A stretch of 62,662 nucleotides of DNA, the filler included, from Stramenopiles sp. TOSAG23-2 (Eukaryota): the NCBI GenBank assembly GCA_900128395.1. It is 11 parts of 11 records of this genome, joined end to end, with 100 filler letters (N's around TTAATTAATTAA, not from the genome) between each part and the next. Parts side by side here need not be neighbours in the genome. Positions count along the whole stretch, not along the records: positions 39,923 to 46,468 come from LT650449.1; positions 46,569 to 53,102 come from LT650450.1; positions 53,203 to 59,724 come from LT650451.1; 8 more parts are not named here. One strand, 5' to 3'. How positions within the stretch are numbered: the stretch's first letter is position 1; each line of letters starts with the position of its first letter. The notes beneath the pieces are model-generated. The model did no database searches and was not told where the DNA came from. It saw only the letters and a list, made by a program, of their open reading frames with translations. Both the position numbers and the translations under genes were made by a program. This document shows, one piece after another, positions 46,325 to 56,555 of the stretch.

Positions 46325-46568
46325 CGTATCTTTTCTGTAATTTTTTTGAAGAAACCTCTAATTATTTCTTTATTAAATATAGAAATGAAAATTGTATGAG
46401 TTATTAAAAAGAGATATTATATGTCTTTTGTAGATCTAATTTGTTTTATTTCTATTTTGTTTGAATTANNNNNNNNNNNNNNNNNNNNNNNNNNNNNNNN
46501 NNNNNNNNNNNNTTAATTAATTAANNNNNNNNNNNNNNNNNNNNNNNNNNNNNNNNNNNNNNNNNNNN

Positions 46569-46877
46569 CTGTTCGTCGACCGTTACAGTCTTCTCTACAG
46601 TAACACTAGATGTATTCGATGGTTGTGTAGTGTTTAAATATTTCTGAGTAAATCTATAACGAAACCGCCTAAAACCAGGCCCAGCAGGAGTTAAAAGACC
46701 ATCTGTAAGTAACGCATTTATGGCATTCCTTATATATGTAGTTTTAGCACCTTTACTCCTACCGTAGTGCGTTAAATCATTTTGTAATAAATAAGCGCGG
46801 ATTTCTCCCTCTGATGATCCTTCAGGATTTGCCAATGCTCTTATGGCAGTTACCACACGTTGTTTATATGTTGGCAT
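46569..46877 (-). CDS. Protein with an N-terminal linker-histone (H15)-like winged-helix domain, 3'-truncated
   Basis: PTYKQRVVTAIRALANPEGSSEGEIRAYL...IRNAINALLTDGLL resembles the H1/H5 globular domain. Confidence 0.6.
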
Positions 46878-47910
46878 CTTTCTGTTTGTTACTTTTTACT
46901 ACATGTATAAAACAATTGAAATTCTTTTCTCTCTTTTTGTTCTTTGATATCTTCATTTCATATTTTACTTTTTTACTTCATACAAAAAAATAAATAAAAA
47001 CACGTTGTTTATATGTTGGCATCTTTCTGTTTGTTACTTTTTACTACATGTATAAAACAATTGAAATTCTTTTCTCTCTTTTTGTTCTTTGATATCTTCA
47101 TTTCATATTTTACTTTTTTACTTCATACAAAAAAATAAATAAAAAAAAAAAATATTATTTCAACATCAATTGCACCATTTATTCAATCCACAAAATCTAA
47201 TAATACCTTAACCTGTATTATACTAATAATAATTACATTCTAATTCTTCAATCTAAAATCTAAATCTAAATCATCAAATTAAAATATCAAATCTTCTTCT
47301 TTGTATTCTACCTGGTACTTATTGCAACCTATTTATCAACAACATCCAGCATAGTCGTAGCATTAAGAAACAGGACATGGACATAGCATTACGAATCTAG
47401 CATTTTAGAATTTTCAGCTGTAAAAGAAATTATTTCAGCATACTCGGTCCCTTCACACTACAATGGTGTCTCCTCGATACTGTCTGCTTCACTCCTTTTT
47501 GTATAATTTCAGCACAAGATCTTTTTATTTCCATTCAATATTTTAATCTATCGTGTTCAATATTCTAGAAGAATAGCATCGACATACCATTGTAAATCGA
47601 TGATATTTGATCTCAACAACAACTATTTATATATGTAGATATATATATATATTGTTTCATACAAACAAACGAAGAGTAGAAGAATAGCATCGACATACCA
47701 TTGTAAATCGATGATATTTGATCTCAACAACAACTATTTATATATGTAGATATATATATATATTGTTTCATACAAACAAACGAAGAGTAGTAGCAAGAAA
47801 AGAAACAAATATAAATTGATTTTGTTTAATAAAGTATATATATATATAGAAAGAAACACAACATAAACGAATATAGATATATATAAAGAATTTAACAAGA
47901 AAAAACAACA

Positions 47911-50466
47911 ATGACAAAACAATGGATGAAAATATTTGCATGTATTGCAATTGTAATATTTGCAAATAATGTTGTACGTGCAGCACCAACTGGATTAGCT
48001 GCTGCTGTGGACAGTTACTTGAAACCAGCTGCAGATGCTGCTGAAGAAAAAATAAAAGATTGTACTGGGCAAGGTTCATTGGATAGTACAGGTGAATGTT
48101 CAAAAGTATTGAAAACTATCTTACGTGATGGTGCTATTGATAGTTTGAATCAACAATTATCGTTACGTAATATAAAAGGTTTAGCAAAAGGAGATTTACT
48201 GGAATATGCAAAACAGTTTCAAAAAGGTTTAGGTTTATCCAACGCTGAATTTATAAATTTTAAAGCTGGTTTGAAAGAATCGATTACAGGAAATTCGCCA
48301 GTTTTCCTACGAACAATGAAATGCAACAAGGCTGGAAAATGTAAATATTTGTTGTTTGCTACTGGTCCATATACGAAATCAAAATTGGAAATCCTTACAT
48401 TAAAATCAACTATGGCATTTTCAGTTGCGCCTGATATTGTTGTTGTACAACAAACTGTTACTGATCCGGAAAGTGGTTTACCAGCTGGAAATAAAATTGT
48501 CATGAAAGAAGTACCAAAAACAAAAGAAAATGGAGTGGATGATGTTATGGTTTATTTTGATAAATATGTTTACCAAGAAATGAAAAAAGCATTTCATAAT
48601 GATGGTGGTAATGGTGGTTACGATGGTCCAAAGCCACCAACCCAGGTAAATCCATTTGCAAATTTATTTGACGAAAATGATAGTGATGATGTTACCTATC
48701 GTAGTATCGGAGAAGATGATTTTGGATTCGCTTTTGACTCTAGCAATGGAAAAGTGCAAGGTATACAACGTTATTCCCCAAATAAACAGCGTGAACAAGC
48801 ATTGATCGATGCATGTTATAGTGCTGGTTTAAGAGGTTCAGAGGCACGTCAATTCATGGCACAATGTTCCCATGAATGTGATAATTTCAATACGATGGAA
48901 GAATACGCGTCTGGTGCTGCCTATGAAGGACGTAGTGACTTAGGAAATACACAACCTGGCGATGGAAGACGTTACAAAGGTCGTGGCTACATCCAATTGA
49001 CTGGGAGAGCAAATTATATCGATGTTGGGCGTGCCATTGGTGAAAATTTAGTGGATAATCCAGACAGGGCAAAAGAGCCAAGAGTTGCAGCGAAGGTAGC
49101 ATTGCATTTTTGGAAAACACGTGTAAGAAGACGTGTTAGTAATTTCTGTGATACATATGCTGTTACCCGTGTAATTAATGGTGGAACCAATGGATTGTCT
49201 GATCGTAAATCTAAATTTGCAAAATATGGTGGATGCGATGGTAGTAGTGGTGGTGGTGACCCAGACCATAAATGTACTGCAGCTCGTGGTAAATGTGCAG
49301 ATTCAAACGCATACGATTGCTCTACTGGTTTTAGATCATCTCTTTGCTCTGGTAGTTATAGCAATAAATGTTGTACTGGTACCATTTCAAAGAAAGGTAG
49401 TAGTGGTGGCGGATCATCACCTGGTGGTGGTTCTTCTTCTACTACTTGTTCAAGTTGTTTAAAAGGTGGTGGTGGCAAAGGATGTGCAAGTCGATGCCCG
49501 AGTAACTATGCATGCCAAAATTGTGTCAAATTTGGTGGTGGCGCAGGATGTTTAATTAATTCCAAATGTGGCACTTGTGCAGGGACTTGTTTTAATAAAT
49601 ATTCAGGAAGTTGTAGTGGTTCCGTAGAAACTAGTAAATGCCCAGGCAGCTCTAGTATTGTTTGTTGTGCATCAGGGAAATTAAACTCTGGATCCATGTA
49701 TGACAGTCATCATAGTAGTGATAGTTTCACAGATGTAGGATCCAAAGTGGTAGATTTAGGTCATAAAATTACAAATCTGGATGATGCTGACGATGACTTT
49801 CATAATCGCTTTAAAGCAATTGTAAATCGTGCATTTAATAGTTGTGTAAGAAAATGCTTTGTTCTTCTTCATGATGCTCAAGCTTGTAAATCTCAATGTG
49901 AAATGGATGGGCAAGAAGTAATAGAGGAAAGTAAAGATATTGCACAACAAGTAGTAAGTCATATGATGGATAATGACGATACACAACCCGCAGGAGCAAG
50001 TGATGATACATTTGGTACTTATGCAGATGTTGGGCATGAAGTAGATACTTATGCAGATGTTGGACATGAAGTAGATAATGAAGCAGGATCCCGAAATTTA
50101 CGTGAAGCATTGAATCCATCATCTGGTAACTGGAAATATGATCTTGGTGATGGTTCTAGCATCAGGAATATGCTTGTGAATCATCAAGTGTTTGATGAAC
50201 AAAAGACGCGCGAGCTTCGTAGTAGTTGGAAAGAAAATATCAAGAAAAACTTTGTATATTTGTCATTTCCATTTTCACGAGCAGGTAAATGTTCAAAAAT
50301 AAGGTATGAAGCTGCTTTAAAGACCCGAGCAGGATGTTGCCCTACTCGATTATCACAAAAATGTCAAAAAGCAATATTTAATAAATGTTGTGCTAAATGC
50401 AATTCTGGATCATGTTTCCGAATATGTGCTTTAGAAGGATCAAGTGATATCGAAAGAAATTGCTGA
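47911..50466 (+). CDS. Secreted modular protein with a glycoside hydrolase family 19 (lysozyme/chitinase) domain and Cys-rich modules
   Basis: Signal peptide; FMAQCSHEC...MEEY...YEGRSDLGNTQPGDGRRYKGRGYIQLTGRANY...ALHFWK...VTRVINGGTNGLSDRKSKF. Confidence 0.92.
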   Translation: MTKQWMKIFACIAIVIFANNVVRAAPTGLAAAVDSYLKPAADAAEEKIKDCTGQGSLDSTGECSKVLKTILRDGAIDSLNQQLSLRNIKGLAKGDLLEYAKQFQKGLGLSNAEFINFKAGLKESITGNSPVFLRTMKCNKAGKCKYLLFATGPYTKSKLEILTLKSTMAFSVAPDIVVVQQTVTDPESGLPAGNKIVMKEVPKTKENGVDDVMVYFDKYVYQEMKKAFHNDGGNGGYDGPKPPTQVNPFANLFDENDSDDVTYRSIGEDDFGFAFDSSNGKVQGIQRYSPNKQREQALIDACYSAGLRGSEARQFMAQCSHECDNFNTMEEYASGAAYEGRSDLGNTQPGDGRRYKGRGYIQLTGRANYIDVGRAIGENLVDNPDRAKEPRVAAKVALHFWKTRVRRRVSNFCDTYAVTRVINGGTNGLSDRKSKFAKYGGCDGSSGGGDPDHKCTAARGKCADSNAYDCSTGFRSSLCSGSYSNKCCTGTISKKGSSGGGSSPGGGSSSTTCSSCLKGGGGKGCASRCPSNYACQNCVKFGGGAGCLINSKCGTCAGTCFNKYSGSCSGSVETSKCPGSSSIVCCASGKLNSGSMYDSHHSSDSFTDVGSKVVDLGHKITNLDDADDDFHNRFKAIVNRAFNSCVRKCFVLLHDAQACKSQCEMDGQEVIEESKDIAQQVVSHMMDNDDTQPAGASDDTFGTYADVGHEVDTYADVGHEVDNEAGSRNLREALNPSSGNWKYDLGDGSSIRNMLVNHQVFDEQKTRELRSSWKENIKKNFVYLSFPFSRAGKCSKIRYEAALKTRAGCCPTRLSQKCQKAIFNKCCAKCNSGSCFRICALEGSSDIERNC

Positions 50467-50825
50467 GATAAGATTTTACGAGAGCGCGTTTATCGAGATA
50501 ATATCATAAAAGAATTATAATCTAAGAGAGATAGAAAAAAATAAATGTATATACATATACACACTTTTATTAATATATATGTGTATCTCTAATATTTGAG
50601 AGTAAATTACTTCGTATATATATATATATATATATTTTCTTACCACAAGATATACGAACTTCGTAGAAATTATACGCCACATGATGTACACGCACGTTTA
50701 CTCTTGTGAAGTAATGGCAAACAAATACTTTAAACGGGGAAACCATTTAAAAATATTGAATTATTTTTTTTTAACATATCATATTTTACACACTTTTTAC
50801 ATCAAATAACGATACTATCACCGAT

Positions 50826-51071
50826 TTACTCTTTCGGCCTTGATATTGGTATAGGCTCGTAATCTGATATATCCATTTTTCGCATTGTACGTTCGTATTC
50901 TTCTTCTATATTATATTCTGTTTCAGTTTGTGATTTAATTACACGGTCCCATCTATCATATTTACCACCTTGAAAAGTTGCAATTCCAAAAGTACTTCCA
51001 ACGACAAAAAACAACATGGGCACACCCGCTATAGCAGGATTTTGTTTGACTTTCCGTTTGAATGCTTGAAG

Positions 51072-51074
<3 letters not shown>
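50826..51074 (-). CDS. COX16: Cytochrome c oxidase assembly factor COX16
   Basis: GVPMLFFVVGSTFGIATF...Y TM segment; NIEEEYE...DYEPIPISRP C-terminus. Confidence 0.8.
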
Positions 51075-51105
<31 letters not shown>

Positions 51106-51575
51106 CAGTTGATTATTATTTATAACAATATGAGAAGAAGTTTATTCCTTTTCTTGTTTACGTATATACTATAACTCATATTTATATTTTTTTATAATTT
51201 GTGTTGTTTTTTTTTTATTTTTTCTTCGTACATGTACAAATAAAGCACCACACCAACCGTGCAAAAAATGTACAAAATAACAAAATAACAAAATAAAACT
51301 ATTCACTATGGGAAATAGGTATATATCGTTTTCTAAAATGCCAATTTTATTTTTCATATATTTGTAAAAAATAGCAAATATCCGAAAATATATAAAAAAT
51401 GATGAATAGTTCCCCCATGGTGAATAGTGTTAAGTGTACATTTTCTGGCAGCAAATTACAAATATTATGCAACCCGATTTTCCACTACAATATCAAATGA
51501 TCAAGATCAATATTAATTTGTACTTGAATGGGAAATTAGAATATCAGAAAAAATAATAATAATATAGCAACAATA

Positions 51576-51700
51576 CCTGGCCTTAGGCTGGTACCGTCTT
51601 CATCTGATGATGTGCCCTTCGCTTCGCTCAGTTTTTGTACTTGTACATAAACTGAGCGTGGCCGTAGAAGGTACGCCCTATCATGGGTTTAGTCCTGGCC
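51576..51700. ncRNA. Candidate structured RNA / GC-rich island (unidentified)
   Basis: Hairpin CGCTCAGTTT-TTGTAC-TT-GTACAT-AAACTGAGCG with possible outer stems; bounded by two CCTGGCC; no family recognised. Confidence 0.3.
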
Positions 51701-51939
51701 GTATAATGATGTGCAACATGTGAACTACTACTATTATTTCGAATTTTGAATAATATGAAAATTTAAATTTAATAAAAGTTTCAGGTAAGATATAGATAGT
51801 TGATGAAACACGATTGTATACTGTATATAATAATTCAGACGTGGAATCATATTTCATATTTTTGTATTATTGTTATAGTTAGTTTGTTTGTATAAATTTG
51901 TGTTTTTATTTTTTGGTATCCAGTTGATTGATTGTAATC

Positions 51940-52971
51940 ATGTCATCTTCATCATCATCTTCATCAACAAATCAAACAAGAAATTTAGTGACCTCAACAA
52001 CAACGACGACAACAACAACGACGACTTTAGTAAACACTAGTCAGAATACTGGTGGAAATACAATATCAACACCTGAACATTTCATATGCTCAATTTCTGG
52101 TGATGTTTTTAAAGATCCTGTCATTGCTTCTGATGGACAAACATATGAAAGAAACGACATAGCAAAATGGATAAGACAAAAAGGAACAAATGCTACCTCT
52201 CCATTGACAGGAATAAAGCTAAAAACTAAAGTATTAACCCCAAATCATAGTATGAAAAGTCAAATTGCAGCTTGGCAACAAAAAAATAAAAATGGTAAAC
52301 ATTTGGAAAAGGCTTTGAAAAATTTGGCTGGAGAATTAATAACTGCCTTGTCAAGTGAAGAATTAATCATCGTAATCAAAAAGATATCTAATCTTGTTGA
52401 ATCAAGTGACAAAGTATTAGTGACTATGAAAAAGCTTGAAAAATGGACAAATGCCATAGACGATGAACTTCTAACTGATGAAGTTATATCTTCTTTTGAT
52501 GTTTTAAAATCTCAAGTATTAGTAATAACACAAAGAAAGGAAATCGAATTGAAACAGCTTTCTGATATAAATAAGTGTCAATCACTTATGATGGAGAAAA
52601 AAAAAGAAGAAAGTATGCAGATAGATATTGAGCATAAAAAGGTATATGATAAATATGAAAAGTCTAAAGTAGCATTTGAAAAAGCAAGAGAGAAGATGAA
52701 TAATGATGAGTTGGAATTAAAACGTGTTAAAAAAGCAAAAGATACCAATGCAAAACAAATTGAAATCTTGGCAGATTTAATTAAAGATTCCATTTCAGAA
52801 ATGAATAATAATAATATTGTCTGTGATAATAATAGTAGTAATAATAGCAATGGAAAAAGAAATTTATCAAACATTAATGGATCATCATCAAGAAAAACCA
52901 AACGACGTAAAACGAATAGTAATACTTTCAATGATGAAGTTGATTTGTCACTTGGTGCTCGTATGTGTTAA
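51940..52971 (+). CDS. U-box E3 ligase-like protein with a coiled coil; true C-terminus probably continues via the duplicated segment 52970-53102
   Basis: PEHFICSISGDVFKDPVIASDGQTYERNDIAKWI...SPLTG..L...LTPNHSMKSQI. Confidence 0.88.
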   Translation: MSSSSSSSSTNQTRNLVTSTTTTTTTTTTLVNTSQNTGGNTISTPEHFICSISGDVFKDPVIASDGQTYERNDIAKWIRQKGTNATSPLTGIKLKTKVLTPNHSMKSQIAAWQQKNKNGKHLEKALKNLAGELITALSSEELIIVIKKISNLVESSDKVLVTMKKLEKWTNAIDDELLTDEVISSFDVLKSQVLVITQRKEIELKQLSDINKCQSLMMEKKKEESMQIDIEHKKVYDKYEKSKVAFEKAREKMNNDELELKRVKKAKDTNAKQIEILADLIKDSISEMNNNNIVCDNNSSNNSNGKRNLSNINGSSSRKTKRRKTNSNTFNDEVDLSLGARMC

Positions 52972-53398
52972 AAGAAATTTATCAAACATTAATGGATCAT
53001 CAAGAAAAACCAAACGACGTAAAACGAATAGTAATACTTTCAATGATGAAGTTGATTTGTCACTTGGTGCTCGTAAATTATTTGAAGATGGATTAAACCA
53101 TGNNNNNNNNNNNNNNNNNNNNNNNNNNNNNNNNNNNNNNNNNNNNTTAATTAATTAANNNNNNNNNNNNNNNNNNNNNNNNNNNNNNNNNNNNNNNNNN
53201 NNATTAGGGTTAAAAGTTTATTTTACTGCTATTCGCATACTAATACACAATATTGTATAGAAATAATTTATTTTCGTTTTAGGCGACACTTTTAGCGGAC
53301 TTGGCTCTAATATTATTATTTATTAATATTATTACTGTCGATTATTACGTGTGTAAACAACGTAAACAAAATTAAATGTACGTGTCTGATATCTCTTT

Positions 53399-54701
53399 TT
53401 ACATAATATTAAATTCTCGAAGACTAGTGTCATCATAATCTGGAGGTAATAATGCTCTCCCATCTGCATCAGGTGCAAGTTGAATCTGATCACAATCCTG
53501 TACAACAAATTCTTTTGCTAATTCCTTTCTTTTAATTATATTTACATGATTTTGAAATATTTTAAATCCAATACCAAACATAATTAAAAATCCCATAAAA
53601 AATGAAAGAAATATAAAAATCAACATGATTATAGCAGCAACCACAAGTAAAACGACAAATGCCTCCCCGCCTCCACTGCAGTTGCAATTACCACTGCCAC
53701 CGCAATTGCAGTTGGAATTACCGCCACAAGAATTTCCCCCTCCACAAGAATTTCGTTCTCCATAGCCGTTACCACCACCGAAAATTCTTCTTTGCTCTTG
53801 TTCCTCTTTCGTACAACAACTAATGTGAAACATATTACGAGGAGCATATGGGAAAAAGTTATATATATATGTGTGTGTGTGTTAGAGAGACATTTTTTTC
53901 TAAATTATAATATATATAGATATTAATATTAGGGGAAATAATATTTACTTACCATTCAACGCACCAGCAACAACAAAATAAGGAAGCGAAACCAGTACCA
54001 ATTTCTTTACCTCGTTCTTCCTTGTCCATGGCTAATAATCTTAAAACTCCAAAAGATGCAAGTATCACCCAAGTTATCAAAACCGCCCAAATATAATAAG
54101 CAGTTTTTGTATGTTGTGCAATTCCGGGTGGCAAAGAATTTAAAAGACTGCCACCAGGGGCGCCTAGCTGACCACACATACCTGGGCACTGTGCATTCTT
54201 CGTATCCCATGTATAAAAATTATACTGTGTTTGAGGGCAACAATCTTCTGGAACAATGCGTTGAAATCCATTATCAAGAATTGCAATTAACCATGCAAAT
54301 CCCATCAGTGCAAGTTGGATAAATAAAATAGTTCCTATACTATCTCTTGCAATTAAAATGTCGGCTCTTTTAAAATGTTTTTTTGGATTACAGCATGCAT
54401 CAGTTCCTTCTGCATCTGGCTCTTTCTCCTGTCGAAGCCAATATTCATATTGACAAGTACTACAATGAGTAAAAGCTTTTGGAGCAGTGCTTAGTGCTCT
54501 TTCACGATTTAAACACCGGCGATGAACGTAGCGTCTGTCTCCATCACACAAACATGGTTTAATAAGATCCTCTTGATTCTCAGTTGAACCACAAAGTCGA
54601 CATTTTTTTCCACCTTCAATATCGTTCAAATGAACAGCTGTTGCCATTGCCATATTTGCAATTAAACTTCCACTCTTAGTATCGTTTCGTTCCATATTCA
54701 T
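53399..54701 (-). CDS. RING-CH (MARCH-like) membrane E3 ligase, 2 exons: 54701-53953 and 53819-53399
   Basis: CRLC...LIKPCLCDGDRRYVHRRCL...CSTCQYEY; GTAAGT...TAG intron 53952-53820 joins in frame (VEC|CCTKEE); TMs, Cys/Gly-rich loop, C-terminal KELAKEFVVQD. Confidence 0.87.
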
Positions 54702-55430
54702 CTTTACATATATATATATGGTATGTTAATTAGTAAATTAAATCAAATTATTTATATGTTTATATTATATCAAATTATAGAATTGTTTTGTATCATGTAT
54801 GAACTATTGTTAACAAGTATGGACATACATTATTGTGCATGTATATATATATATATTCGTCTCTATTTGGATTTTTAATAAAATAACCAGGCGTGTGTGC
54901 CTGTATTGGCCTCAATGCTGTGTCATGTATGTCGCCTCGGAGCCTTGCATCAAAAAAAAGTTGAAGAAATAAAATATATTTTACCTTGAATATCATCATC
55001 CCACCTTTATCTCTTAGCTAACGTGATCGATCCTGGATAAGTACATGAACATAGCACTGTTTATTTAGCATAAGAATAGGAAGCATCGATCTTCTGGATG
55101 GACAAAATCTTCTCTGTCTTCTTCAGCTTTATTTATTGCTGGTGTTGTAGTTGCCAGAGTGTATATTCGGAATATTGGTGTTGGTAGTAAAAAAGTAGTT
55201 TCGAATCACTTTAACTTTATAATTCTCTTCTTTCGTTTTCCCTTCTTTCCCTTTTTTGGTTGTTCTTTGCTAGCTTTACCTCCTTATTTTTTTTCATTAT
55301 TATTATTATTTTTTTAATTAATTATTTTTTTAATTAATTATTTAAATTTAAATTTAATTATAAGATAATATACGTGAAGATACCGGGGACGGGGAAAAAT
55401 AAAAGTTAGCTACTATATCTTTTCACGGTG

Positions 55431-56252
55431 ATGTATAGTTATAAAATGAATGTCATGTATAAAATAACATTGTATATGTTAATATCGATAGTATGCTTAA
55501 CCAATCATCATATTGTTGTATATGGGCAAGAAGAAGAAGAACAAGATGGATGTACACGTTTAGCAAAGGATTTGCAATGTAGTGCGTGTTCTATTTTTAT
55601 TGATGAATATTTTAATGCTGTTGCGCGTGCACCATCTGCACTTTTTAAAGAAGGTACATCTACAAAAAATTTATGGCATGATGGAGCAAGTAAAGTAACT
55701 GCAGCAAAAGTGTATGAACAACGAATCCGAGCTATTTACAAAAAACATGCACCAAAAAAGCTTCGAAGAGTTTTTTCCCTTATGAAAAAATACGCCGGTG
55801 ACGAATATAATTTATATTTAAGAATTTGTGATAAATATTCTGTCACAGCTGAACCGGAGTTTGAAAATCCAGATGATGAGGAAGAAGAGGACGATGAAGA
55901 AGAGAAAAATTCTTGGAAATATCAAGTTGCAACGGAAGCAATGGAAATTGTCAAAGGGTTGCCAACGAAAAATGGAATGCAATGGGCTATTTCAGGGGAT
56001 GAAGGTAAAAGAAAATTTGCTGATTTCAATAAGTTAATGAGTTCAGGAGGTACGATGAATAATTTAAGTATGGGTGGAAATGTTGCTGATGATTTAAATG
56101 GATGTTTTAATCATCTTGCAGAGACATTTAATGATGACCTTGCTACTGTCGTTTTTCATTCTGAAAAACCATTTTCATCTGGCCTTCATAAAAAATTTTG
56201 TAAAAAGCATGAATATTGTGGTCGTAAAAAGAAAAAGAAAAGTGAGTTGTAG
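55431..56252 (+). CDS. ER-lumen saposin-fold (Canopy-like) protein with an inserted helical module; KSEL C-terminus
   Basis: Signal peptide; LQCSACSIF...GCFNHL...KFCKKHEYC cysteine pattern; ends KKKKSEL. Confidence 0.55.
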   Translation: MYSYKMNVMYKITLYMLISIVCLTNHHIVVYGQEEEEQDGCTRLAKDLQCSACSIFIDEYFNAVARAPSALFKEGTSTKNLWHDGASKVTAAKVYEQRIRAIYKKHAPKKLRRVFSLMKKYAGDEYNLYLRICDKYSVTAEPEFENPDDEEEEDDEEEKNSWKYQVATEAMEIVKGLPTKNGMQWAISGDEGKRKFADFNKLMSSGGTMNNLSMGGNVADDLNGCFNHLAETFNDDLATVVFHSEKPFSSGLHKKFCKKHEYCGRKKKKKSEL

Positions 56253-56418
56253 AGAGATTTCTTTTTTTTATTATTTAAAAGAATTATAGAAACTATTATT
56301 TTTATAAAAATATGATAAAATATTTTTTTGTTTTTTTTAATAATTTGTTTTTTACGATAATATTAAATGACTCTCTTCGAGCAGCTGCTTTGGTAAATAC
56401 GCTCGTACTTTTTTACGA

Positions 56419-56457
<39 letters not shown>

Positions 56458-56555
56458 TGAGAGCTCTTCCGATTATTGTTTTTCATTTTTTTGTTTTTCA
56501 TTTTTTTTTTGTTTTTTGTTACACACCATACACTAAAAATATTAATTTTTATTTT

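Noticed and set aside
40497-50466. DNase II, GST and the GH19 protein as a digestive gene cluster
   Set aside because: GH19 lies on a different contig across a linker, and DNase II-GST adjacency alone is unremarkable
51604-51680. CTGATGA as a hammerhead ribozyme core; also considered U1 (TACCTGG), 5S rRNA and HDV-like folds
   Set aside because: No stem II-GAAA arrangement, and the remaining conserved elements of U1, 5S and HDV ribozymes were not found by eye
55130-55297. Small Lys/Asn-rich minus-strand ORF (MKKNKEVKLAK...)
   Set aside because: Low complexity and no motif; cannot be separated from chance or a decayed fragment
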